From positions 417,694,001-417,758,000 of the forward strand of contig OZ024740.1 in the NCBI GenBank assembly GCA_964016885.1: DNA of 64,000 bases, given 5' to 3'. Below the pieces are notes generated by a model. The model was not told where the DNA came from. It ran no database searches and saw only the letters and a program-made list of their open reading frames with translations. Within the stretch, counting starts at the first letter, position 1, and each line of letters begins with the position of its first letter. A program made the translations under genes and the position numbers. Positions 39,101 to 51,700 of the stretch are shown piece after piece. Origin of the DNA: Eledone cirrhosa. Lineage: Eukaryota.

Positions 39101-42100
39101 TCTCAGGAAAGAATCTCCGAATTGAAAGACCACAGCTCTGATATTACAGACATGTGGCTAGAATGTCTCAGGAAAGAATCTCCGAATTGAAAGATCACAG
39201 CTCTGATATTACAGACATGTGGACTGAATGTCTCAGGAAAGAATCTCTGAATTGAGAGATGACAGCTCTGATATTACAGACATGTGGCTAGAATGTCTCA
39301 GGAAAGAATCTCCGAATTGAAAGACCACAGCTCTGATATTACAGACATGTGGCTAGAATGTCTCAGGAAAGAATCTCTGAATTGAGAGATCACAGCTCTG
39401 ATATTACAGACATGTGACTAGAATGTCTCAGGAAAGAATCTCATAATTGAGAGACCACAGCTCTGATATTACAGACATGAGGTTAGAAAGTCTCAGGAAA
39501 GAATCTCTGAATTGAGAGATCACAGCACTGATATTACAGACATGAGGTTAGAATGTCTCAGGAAAGAATCTCTGAAATGTGAGATCACAGCTCTGATATT
39601 ACAGACATGTGGTTAGAATGTCTCAGGAAAGAGTCTCTGAATTGAGAGACCACAGCTCTGATATTACAGACATGTGGTTAGAATGTCTCAGGAAAGAGTC
39701 TCTGAATTGAGAGACCACAGCTCTGATATTACAGACATGAGGTTAGAAAGTCTCAGGAAAGAATCTCTGAATTGTGAGATCACAGCTCTGATATTACAGA
39801 CATGTGGTTAGAATCTCAGGAAAGAGTCTCTGAATTGAGAGACCACAGCTCTGATACTACAGACATGTGGTTAGAATGTCTCAGGAAAGAATCTCTGAAT
39901 TGAGAGACCACAGCTCTGATACTACAGACATGTGGTTAGAATGTCTCAGGAAAGAGTCTCTGAATTGAGAGACCACAACTCCGATATTACAAACATGTGG
40001 CTAGAATGTCTCAGGAAAGAGTCTCTGAATTCAGAGACCACAGCTCTGATGTTAAAGACATGTGGCTAGAATGTCCCAGGAAAGTGTCTCTGAATGGAGA
40101 GACCACAGCTCTGATACTACAGACATGTGGTTAGAATGTCTCAGGAAAGTGTCTCTGAATGGAGAGACCACAGCTCTGATACTACAGACATGTCGTTAGA
40201 ATGTCTTAGGAAAGAATCTCCGAATTGAGAGACCACAGCTCTGATATTACAGACATGTGGCTAGAATGTCTCAGGAAAGAATCTCCAAATTGAGAGACCA
40301 CAGCTCTGATATTACAGACATGTGGCTAGTATGTCACAGGAAAGAATCTCTGAATTGAGAGACCACAGCTCTGATATTACAGACATATGGTTAGAATGTC
40401 TCAGGAAAGAGTCTCTGAATTGAGAGACAACGGCTCTGATGTTACAGACATGTGGTTAGAATGTCTCAGGAAAGAATCTCCGAATTGAGAGACCACAGCT
40501 CTGATATTACAGACATGTGGCTAGAATATCTCAGGAAAGAATCTCTGAATTGAGAGATCACAGCTCTGATATTACAGGCATGGGGCTAGAATGTCTCAGC
40601 AAAGAATCTCCGAATTGAAAGACCACAGCTCTGATATTACAGACATGTGGCTAGAATGTCTCAGGAAAGAATCTCCGAATTGAGAGACCACAGCTCTGAT
40701 ATTACAAACATGTGGCTAGAATGTCTCAGGAAAGAATCTCCGAATTGAGAGACCACAGCTCTGATATTACAGACATGTGGCTAGAATGTCTCAGGAAAGA
40801 ATCTCCGAATTGAGAGACGACAGCTCTGATATTACAGACATGTGGCTAGAATGTCTCAGGAAAGAATCTCCGAATTGAAAGATCACAGCTCTGATATTAC
40901 AGACATGTGGACTGAATGTCTCAGGAAAGAATCTCTGAATTGAGAGACGACAGCTCTGATATTACAGACATGTGGCTAGAATGTCTCAGGAAAGAATCTC
41001 CGAATTGAAAGACCACAGCTCTGATATTACAGACATGTGGCTAGAATGTCTCAGGAAAGAATCTCTGAATTGAGAGATCACAGCTCTGATATTACAGACA
41101 TGTGACTAGAATGTCTCAGGAAAGAATCTCATAATTGAGAGACCACAGCTCTGATATTACAGACATGTGGTTAGAATGTCTCAGGAAGGAATCTCTGAAT
41201 TGAGAGATCACAGCACTGATATTACAGACATGAGGTTAGAATGTCTCAGGAAAGAATCTCTGAAATGTGATATCACAGCTCTGATATTACAGACATGTGG
41301 TTAGAATGTCTCAGGAAAGAGTCTCTGAATTGAGAGACCACAGCTCTGATTCTACAGACATGTGGTTAGAATGTCTCAGGAAAGAGTCTCTGAATTGAGA
41401 GACCACAGCTCTGATATTACAGACATGAGGTTAGAACGTCTCAGGAAAGAATCTCTGAATTGTGAGATCACAGCTCTGATATTACAGACATGTGGTTAGA
41501 ATGTCTCAGGAAAGAGTCTCTGAATTGAGAGACCACAGCTCTGATACTACAGACATGTGGTTACAATGTCTCAGGAAAGAATCTCTGAATTGAGAGACCT
41601 CAGCTCTGATACTACAGACATGTGGTTAGAATGTCTCAGGAAAGAGTCTCTGAATTGAGAGATCACAGCTCTGATATTACAGACATGTGGTTAGAATGTC
41701 TCAGGAAAGAATCTCTGAATTGAGAGACCACAGGTCTGACACTACAGACATGTGGTTAGAATGTCTCAGGAAAGAGTCTCTGAATTGAGAGACCACAACT
41801 CCGATATTACAAACGTGTGGCTAGAATTTCTCAGGAAAGAGTCTCTGAGTTGAGAGACCACAGCTCTGATGTTAAAGACATGTGGCTAGAATGTCTCAGG
41901 AAAGTGTCTCTGAATGGAGAGACCACAGCTCTGATACTACAGACATGTGGTTAGAATGTCTCAGGAAAGTGTCTCTGAATGGAGAAACCACAGCTCTGAT
42001 ACTACAGACATGTGGTTAGAATGTCTCAGGAAAGAGTCTCTGAATTGAGAGACCACAGCTCTGATACTACAGACATGTGGTTAGAATGTCTCAGGAAAGA

Positions 42101-44350
42101 ATCTCCGAATTGAGAGACCACAGCTCTGCTATTACAGACATGTGGTTAGAATATCTCAGGAATGAATCTCTGAATTGAGAGATCACAGCTCTGATATTAC
42201 AGACATGTGGTTATAATGTCTCAGGAAAGTGTCTCTGAATTGAGAGACGACAGCTCTGATATAACAGACATGTGGCTAGAATATCTCAGGAAAGAATCTC
42301 TAAATTGAGAGATCACAGCTCTGATATTACAGACATGTGGCAAGAATGTCTCAGGAAAGAATCTCTGAATTGAGAGACCACAGCTCTGATACTACAGACA
42401 TGTGGTTAGAATGTCTCAGGAAAGAATCTCCGAATTGAGAGACTACAGCTCTGATATTACAGACATGTGGCTAGAATGTCTCAGGAAAGAATCTCCGAAT
42501 TGAGAGACCACAGCTCTGATATTACAGACATGTGGCTAGAATATCTCAGGAAAGAATCTCTGAATTGAGAAGAGATCACAGCTCTGATATTACAGGCATG
42601 GGGCTAGAATGTCTCAGGAAAGAATCTCCGAATTGAAAGAACACAGCTCTGATATTACAGACATGTGGATAGAATGTCTCAGGAAAGAATCTGCGAATTG
42701 AAAGACCACAGCTCTGATATTACAGACATGTGGTAAGAATGTCTCAGGAAAGAATCTCCGAATTGAGAGACCACAGCTCTGATATTACAGACATGTGGCT
42801 AGAATGTCTCAGGAAAGAATCTCCGAATTGAGAGACCACAGCTCTGATATTACAGACATGTGGCTAGTATGTCACAGGAAAGAATCTCTGAATTGAGAGA
42901 CCACAGCTCTGATATTACAGACATATGGTTAGAATGTCTCAGGAAAGAGTCTCTGAATTGAGAGACAACGGCTCTGATGTTACAGACATGTGGTTAGAAT
43001 GTCTCAGGAAAGAATCTCCGAATTGAGAGACCACAGCTCTGATATTACAGACATGTGGCTAGAATATCTCAGGAAAGAATCTCCGAATTGAGAGATCACA
43101 GCTCTGATATTACAGGCATGGGGCTAGAATGTCTCAGCAAACAATCTCCGAATTGAAAGATCACAGCTCTGATATTACAGACATGTGGATAGAATGTCTC
43201 AGGAAAGAATCTCCGAATTGAAAGACCACAGCTCTGATATTACAGACATGTGGCTAGAATGTCTCAGGAAAGAATCTCCGAATTGAAAGATCACAGCTCT
43301 GATATTACAGACATGTGGACTGAATGTCTCAGGAAAGAATCTCTGAATTGAGAGATGACAGCTCTGATATTACAGACATGTGGCTAGAATGTCTCAGGAA
43401 AGAATCTCCGAATTGAAAGACCACAGCTCTGATATTACAGACATGTGGCTAGAATGTCTCAGGAAAGAATCTCTGAATTGAGAGATCACAGCTCTGATAT
43501 TACAGACATGTGACTAGAATGTCTCAGGAAAGAATCTCATAATTGAGAGACCACAGCTCTGATATTACAGACATGTGGTTAGAATGTCTCAGGAAGGAAT
43601 CTCTGAATTGAGAGATCACAGCACTGATATTACAGACATGAGGTTAGAATGTCTCAGGAAAGAATCTCTGAAATGTGAGATCACAGCTCTGATATTACAG
43701 ACATGTGGTTAGAATGTCTCAGGAAAGAGTCTCTGAATTGAGAGACCACAGCTCTGATATTACAGACATGTGGTTAGAATGTCTCAGGAAAGAGTCTCTG
43801 AATTGAGAGACCACAGCTCTGATATTACAGACATGAGGTTAGAAAGTCTCAGGAAAGAATCTCTGAATTGTGAGATCACAGCTCTGATATTACAGACATG
43901 TGGTTAGAATCTCAGGAAAGAGTCTCTGAATTGAGAGACCACAGCTCTGATACTACAGACATGTGGTTAGAATGTCTCAGGAAAGAATCTCTGAATTGAG
44001 AGACCACAGCTCTGATACTACAGACATGTGGTTAGAATGTCTCAGGAAAGAGTCTCTGAATTGAGAGACCACAACTCCGATATTACAAACATGTGGCTAG
44101 AATGTCTCAGGAAAGAGTCTCTGAATTCAGAGACCACAGCTCTGATGTTAAAGACATGTGGCTAGAATGTCCCAGGAAAGTGTCTCTGAATGGAGAGACC
44201 ACAGCTCTGATACTACAGACATGTGGTTAGAATGTCTCAGGAAAGTGTCTCTGAATGGAGAGACCACAGCTCTGATACTACAGACATGTCGTTAGAATGT
44301 CTTAGGAAAGAATCTCCGAATTGAGAGACCACAGCTCTGATATTACAGAC
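36140..44350 (+). repeat. Tandem duplication of a 63-monomer block (4096 bp), overlapping the 6443-bp duplication
   Basis: Marker pairs 36191/40287 (CCAAATT), 38468/42564 (+3), 39811/43907 (2-bp deletion GAATCTCAGG), 40071/44167 (ATGTCCCAGG) and 40191/44287 (TGTCGTTAG) are all 4096 apart (63x65+3-2). Confidence 0.93.
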
Positions 44351-45729
44351 ATGTGGGTAGAATGTCTCAGAAAAGAATCTCTGAATTGGGAGACCACAGC
44401 TCTGATATTACAGACATGTGGCAAGAATGTCTCAGGAAAGAATCTCTGAATTGAGAGACCACAGCTCTGATACTACAGACATGTGGTTAGAATGTCTCAG
44501 GAAAGAATCTCCGAATTGAGAGACCACAGCTCTGATATTACAGACATGTGGCTAGAATATCTCAGGAAAGAATCTCTGAATTGAGAGATCACAGCTCTGA
44601 TATTACAGACATGTGGTTAGAACGTCTCAGGAAAGAGTCTCTGAATTGAGAGACGACAGCTCTGATATAACAGACATGTGGCTAGAATATCTCAGGAAAG
44701 AATCTCTAAATTGAGAGATCACAGCTCTGATATTACAGACATGTGGCAAGAATGTCTCAGGAAAGAATCTCTGAATTGAGAGACCACAGCTCTAATACTA
44801 CAGACATGTGGATAGAATGTCTCAGGAAAGAATCTCCGAATTGAGAGACCACAGCTCTGATATTACAGACATGTGGTTAGAATGTCTCAGGAAAGAATCT
44901 CCGAATTGAGAGACGACAGCTCTGATATTACAGACATGTGGCTAGAATGTGTCAGGAAAGAATCTCTGAATTTAGAGACCACAGCTCTGATATTACAGGC
45001 ATGGGGCTAGAATGTCTCAGGAAAGAATCTCCGAATTGAAAGATCACAGCTCTGATATTACAGACATGTGGATAGAATGTCTCAGGAAAGAATCTCCAAA
45101 TTGAAAGACCACAGCTCTGATATTACAGACATGTGGCTAGAATGTCTCAGGAAAGAATCTCCGAATTAAGAGACGACAGCTCTGATATTACAGACATGTG
45201 GATAGAATGTCTCAGGAAAGAATCTTCGAATTGAGAGATCACAGCTCTGATATTACAGTCATGTGTTTAGAATGTCTCAGGAAAGAGTCTCTGAATTGAG
45301 AGACGACAGCTCTGATATAACAGACATGTGGCTAGAATATCTCAGGAAAGAATCTCTGAATTGAGAGATCACAGCTCTGATATTACAGACATGTGGCAAG
45401 AATGTCTCAGGAAACAATCTCTGAATTGAGAGACCACAGCTCTAATACTACAGACATGTGGTTAGAATGTCTCAGGAAAGAATCTCTGAATTGAGAGACC
45501 ACAGCTCTGATACTACAGACATGTGGTTAGAATGTCTCAGGAAAGAGTCTCTGAATTGAGAGACCACAGCTCCGATATTACAGACATGTGGCTAGAATAT
45601 CTCAGGAAAGAATCTCTGAATTGAGAGATAACAGCTCTGATATTACAGGCATGGGGCTAGAATATCTCAGGAAAGAATCTCCGAATTGAAAGATCACAGC
45701 TCTGATATTACAGACATGTGGATTGAATG

Positions 45730-48700
45730 TCTCAGGAAAGAATCTCATAATTGAGAGACCACAGCTCTGATATTACAGACATGTGGTTAGAATGTCTCAG
45801 GAAGGAATCTCTGAATTGAGAGATCACAGCTCTGATATTACAGACATGAGGTTAGAATGTCTCAGGAAAGAATCTCTGAAATGTGAGATCACAGCTCTGA
45901 TATTACAGACATGTGGTTAGAATGTCTCAGGAAAGAGTCTCTGAATTGAGAGACCACAGCTCTGATACTACAGACATGTGGTTAGAATGTCTCAGGAAAG
46001 AGTCTCTGAATTGAGAGACCACAGCTCTGATATTACAGACATGAGGTTAGAACGTCTCAGGAAAGAAACTCTGAATTGTGAGATCACAGCTCTGATATTA
46101 CAGACATGTGGTTAGAATGTCTCAGGAAAGAGTCTCTGAATTGAGAGACCACAGCTCTGATACTACAGACATGTGGTTAGAATGTCTCAGGAAAGAATCT
46201 CTGAATTGAGAGACCACAGGTCTGATACTACAGACATGTGGTTAGAATGTCTCAGGAAAGCGTCTCTGAATTGAGAGACCACAACTCCGATATTACAAAC
46301 GTGTGGCTAGAATGTCTCAGGAAAGAGTCTCTGAATTGAGAGACCACAGCTCTGATGTTAAAGACATGTGGCTAGAATGTCTCAGGAAAGTGTCTCTGAA
46401 TGGAGAGACCACAGCTCTGATACTACAGACATGTGGTTAGAATGTCTCAGGAAAGTGTCTCTGAATGGAGAGACCACAGCTCTGATACTACAGACATGTG
46501 GTTAGAATGTCTCAGGAAAGAATCTCCGAATTGAGAGACCACAGCTCTGATATTACAGACATGTGGCTAGAATGTCTCAGGAAAGAATCTCCGAATTGAG
46601 AGACCACAGCTCTGATATTACAGACATGTGGCTAGAATATCTCAGGAAAGAATCTCTGAATTGAGAAGAGATCACGGCTCTGATATTACAGGCATGGGGC
46701 TAGAATGTCTCAGGAAAGAATCTCCGAATTGAAAGAACACAGCTCTGATATTACAGACATGTGGATAGAATGTCTCAGGAAAGAATCTGCGAATTGAAAG
46801 ACCACAGCTCTGATATTACAGACATGTGGTAAGAATGTCTCAGGAAAGAATCCCCGAATTGAGAGACCACAGCTCTGATATTACAGACATGTGGCTAGTA
46901 TGTCACAGGAAAGAATCTCTGAATTGAGAGACCACAGCTCTGATATTACAGACATATGGTTAGAATGTCTCAGGAAAGAGTCTCTGATTTGAGAGACAAC
47001 GGTTCTGATGTTACAGACATGTGGATAGAATGTCTCAGGAAAGAATCTCCGAATTGAGAGACCACAGCTCTGATATTACAAACATGTGGCTAGAATATCT
47101 CAGGAAAGAATCTCTGAATTGAGAGATCACAGCTCTGATATTACAGGCATGGGCTAGAATGTCTCAGCAAAGAATCTCCGAATTGAAAGATCACAGCTCT
47201 GATATTACAGACATGTTGATAGAATGTCTCAGGAAAGAATCTCCGAATTGAAAGACCACAGCTCTGATATTACAGACATGTGGCTAGAATGTCTCAGGAA
47301 AGAATCTCCGAATTGAGAGACCACAGCTCTGATATTACAAACATGTGGCTAGAATGTCTCAGGAAAGAATCTCCGAATTGAGAGACCACAGCTCTCATAT
47401 TACAGACATGTGGCTAGAATGTCTCAGGAAAGAATCTCCGAATTGAGAGACGACAGCTCTGATATTACAGACATGTGGCTAGAATGTCTCAGGAAAGAAT
47501 CTCCCAATTGAAAGATCACAGCTCTGATATTACAGACATGTGGACTGAATGTCTCAGGAAAGAATCTCTGAATTGAGAGACGACAGCTCTGATATTACAG
47601 ACATGTGGCTAGAATGTCTCAGGAAAGAATCTCCGAATTGAAAGACCACAGCTCTGATATTACAGACATGTGGCTAGAATGTCTCAGGAAAGAATCTCTG
47701 AATTGAGAGATCACAGCTCTGATATTACAGACATGTGACTAGAATGTCTCAGGAAAGAATCTCATAATTGAGAGACCACAGCTCTGATATTACAGACATG
47801 TGGTTAGAATGTCTCAGGAAGGAATCTCTGAATTGAGAGATCACAGCACTGATATTACAGACATGAGGTTAGAATGTCTCAGGAAAGAATCTCTGAAATG
47901 TGAGATCACAGCTCTGATATTACAGACATGTGGTTAGAATGTCTCAGGAAAGAGTCTCTGAATTGAGAGACCACAGCTCTGATACTACAGACATGTGGTT
48001 AGAATGTCTCAGGAAAGAGTCTCTGAATTGAGAGACCACAGCTCTGATATTACAGACATGAGGTTAGAACGTCTCAGGAAAGAATCTCTGAATTGTGAGA
48101 TCACAGCTCTGATATTACAGACATGTGGTTAGAATGTCTCAGGAAAGAGTCTCTGAATTGAGAGACCACAGCTCTGATACTACAGACATGTGGTTAGAAT
48201 GTCTCAGGAAAGTGTCTCTGAATGGAGAGACCACAGCTCTGATACTACAGACATGTGGTTAGAATGTCTCAGGAAAGTGTCTCTGAATTGAGAGACCACA
48301 GCTCTGATACTACAGACATGTGGTTAGAATGTCTCAGGAAAGAATCTCCGAATTGAGAGACCACAGCTCTGATATTACAGACATGTGGCTAGAATATCTC
48401 AGGAATGAATCTCTGAATTGAGAGATCACAGCTCTGATATTACAGACATGTGGTTAGAATGTCTCAGGAAATAGTCTCTGAATTGAGAGACGACAGCTCT
48501 GATATAACAGACATGTGGCTAGAATATCTCAGGAAAGAATCTCTAAATTGAGAGATCACAGCTCTGATATTACAGACATGTGGCAAGAATGTCTCAGGAA
48601 AGAATCTCTGAATTGAGAGACCACAGCTCTGATACTACAGACATGTGGTTAGAATGTCTCAGGAAAGAATCTCCGAATTGAGAGACCACAGCTCTGATAT

Positions 48701-51700
48701 TACAGACATGTGGCTAGAATGTCTCAGGAAAGAATCTCCGAATTGAGAGACCACAGCTCTGATATTACAGACATGTGGCTAGAATATCTCAGGAAAGAAT
48801 CTCTGAATTGAGAAGAGATCACAGCTCTGATATTACAGGCATGGGGCTAGAATGTCTCAGGAAAGAATCTCCGAATTGAAAGAACACAGCTCTGATATTA
48901 CAGACATGTGGATAGAATGTCTCAGGAAAGAATCTGCGAATTGAAAGACCACAGCTCTGATATTACAGACATGTGGTAAGAATGTCTCAGGAAAGAATCT
49001 CCGAATTGAGAGACCACAGCTCTGATATTACAGACATGTGGCTAGAATGTCTCAGGAAAGAATCTCCGAATTGAGAGACCACAGCTCTGATATTACAGAC
49101 ATGTGGCTAGTATGTCACAGGAAAGAATCTCTGAATTGAGAGACCACAGCTCTGATATTACAGACATATGGTTAGAATGTCTCAGGAAAGAGTCTCTGAA
49201 TTGAGAGACAACGGCTCTGATGTTACAGACATGTGGTTAGAATGTCTCAGGAAAGAATCTCCGAATTGAGAGACCACAGCTCTGATATTACAGACATGTG
49301 GCTAGCATATCTCAGGAAAGAATCTCTGAATTGAGAGATCACAGCTCTGATATTACAGGCATGGGGCTAGAATGTCTCAGCAAAGAATCTCCGAATTGAA
49401 AGACCACAGCTCTGATATTACAGACATGTGGCTAGAATGTCTCAGGAAAGAATCTCCGAATTGAGAGACCACAGCTCTGATATTACAAACATGTGGCTAG
49501 AATGTCTCAGGAAAGAATCTCCGAATTGAGAGACGACAGCTCTGATATTACAGACATGTGGCTAGAATGTCTCAGGAAAGAATCTCCGAATTGAAAGATC
49601 ACAGCTCTGATATTACAGACATGTGGACTGAATGTCTCAGGAAAGAATCTCTGAATTGAGAGACGACAGCTCTGATATTACAGACATGTGGCTAGAATGT
49701 CTCAGGAAAGAATCTCCGAATTGAAAGACCACAGCTCTGATATTACAGACACGTGGCTAGAATGTCTCAGGAAAGAATCTCTGAATTGAGAGATCACAGC
49801 TCTGATATTACAGACATGTGACTAGAATGTCTCAGGAAAGAATCTCATAATTGAGAGACCACAGCTCTGATATTACAGACATGTGGTTAGAATGTCTCAG
49901 GAAGGAATCTCTGAATTGAGAGATCACAGCACTGATATTACAGACATGAGGTTAGAATGTCTCAGGAAAGAATCTCTGAAATGTGATATCACAGCTCTGA
50001 TATTACAGACATGTGGTTAGAATGTCTCAGGAAAGAGTCTCTGAATTGAGAGACCACAGCTCTGATACTACAGACATGTGGTTAGAATGTCTCAGGAAAG
50101 AGTCTCTGAATTGAGAGACCACAGCTCTGATATTACAGACATGAGGTTAGAACGTCTCAGGAAAGAATCTCTGAATTGTGAGATCACAGCTCTGATATTA
50201 CAGACATGTGGTTAGAATGTCTCAGGAAAGAGTCTCTGAATTGAGAGACCACAGCTCTGATACTACAGACATGTGGTTAGAATGTCTCAGGAAAGAATCT
50301 CTGAATTGAGAGACCACAGCTCTGATACTACAGACATGTGGTTAGAATGTCTCAGGAAAGAGTCTCTGAATTGAGAGATCACAGCTCTGATATTACAGAC
50401 ATGTGGTTAGAATGTCTCAGGAAAGAATCTCTGAATTGAGAGACCACAGGTCTGACACTACAGACATGTGGTTAGAATGTCTCAGGAAAGAGTCTCTGAA
50501 TTGAGAGACCACAACTCCGATATTACAAACGTGTGGCTAGAATTTCTCAGGAAAGAGTCTCTGAATTGAGAGACCACAGATCTGATGTTAAAGACATGTG
50601 GCTAGAATGTCTCAGGAAAGTGTCTCTGAATGGAGAGACCACAGCTCTGATACTACAGACATGTGGTTAGAATGTCTCAGGAAAGTGTCTCTGAATGGAG
50701 AGACCACAGCTCTGATACTACAGACATGTGGTTAGAATGTCTCAGGAAAGAGTCTCTGAATTGAGAGACCACAGCTCTGATACTACAGACAAGTGGTTAG
50801 AATGTCTCAGGAAAGAATCTCCGAATTGAGAGACCACAGCTCTGCTATTACAGACATGTGGCTAGAATATCTCAGGAATGAATCTCTGAATTGAGAGATC
50901 ACAGCTCTGATATTACAGACATGTGGCTAGAATGTCTCAGGAAAGAGTCTCTGAATTGAGAGACGACAGCTCTGATATAACAGACATGTGGCTAGAATAT
51001 CTCAGGAAAGAATCTCTAAATTGAGAGATCACAGCTCTGATATTACAGACATGTGGCAAGAATGTCTCAGGAAAGAATCTCTGAATTGAGAGACCACAGC
51101 TCTGATACTACAGACATGTGGTTAGAATGTCTCAGGAAAGAATCTCCGAATTGAGAGACTACAGCTCTGATATTACAGACATGTGGCTAGAATGTCTCAG
51201 GAAAGAATCTCCGAATTGAGAGACCACAGCTCTGATATTACAGACATGTGTCTAGAATATCTCAGGAAAGAATCTCTGAATTGAGAAGAGATCACAGCTC
51301 TGATATTACAGGCATGGGGCTAGAATGTCTCAGGAAAGAATCTCCGAATTGAAAGAACACAGCTCTGATATTACAGACATGTGGATAGAATGTCTCAGGA
51401 AAGAATCTGCGAATTGAAAGACCACAGCTCTGATATTACAGACATGTGGTAAGAATGTCTCAGGAAAGAATCTCCGAATTGAGAGACCACAGCTCTGATA
51501 TTACAGACATGTGGCTAGAATGTCTCAGGAAAGAATCTCCGAATTGAGAGACCACAGCTCTGATATTACAGACATGTGGCTAGTATGTCACAGGAAAGAA
51601 TCTCTGAATTGAGAGACCACAGCTCTGATATTACAGACATATGGTTAGAATGTCTCAGGAACGAGTCTCTGAATTGAGAGACAACGGCTCTGATGTTACA

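Noticed and set aside
38468-46660. 4096 (a power of two) spacing as a computational artefact
   Set aside because: It equals 63x65+3-2 from the visible indels, and the copies differ at several bases. The second 4096 interval (42564-46660) has different content in its second half and appears coincidental.
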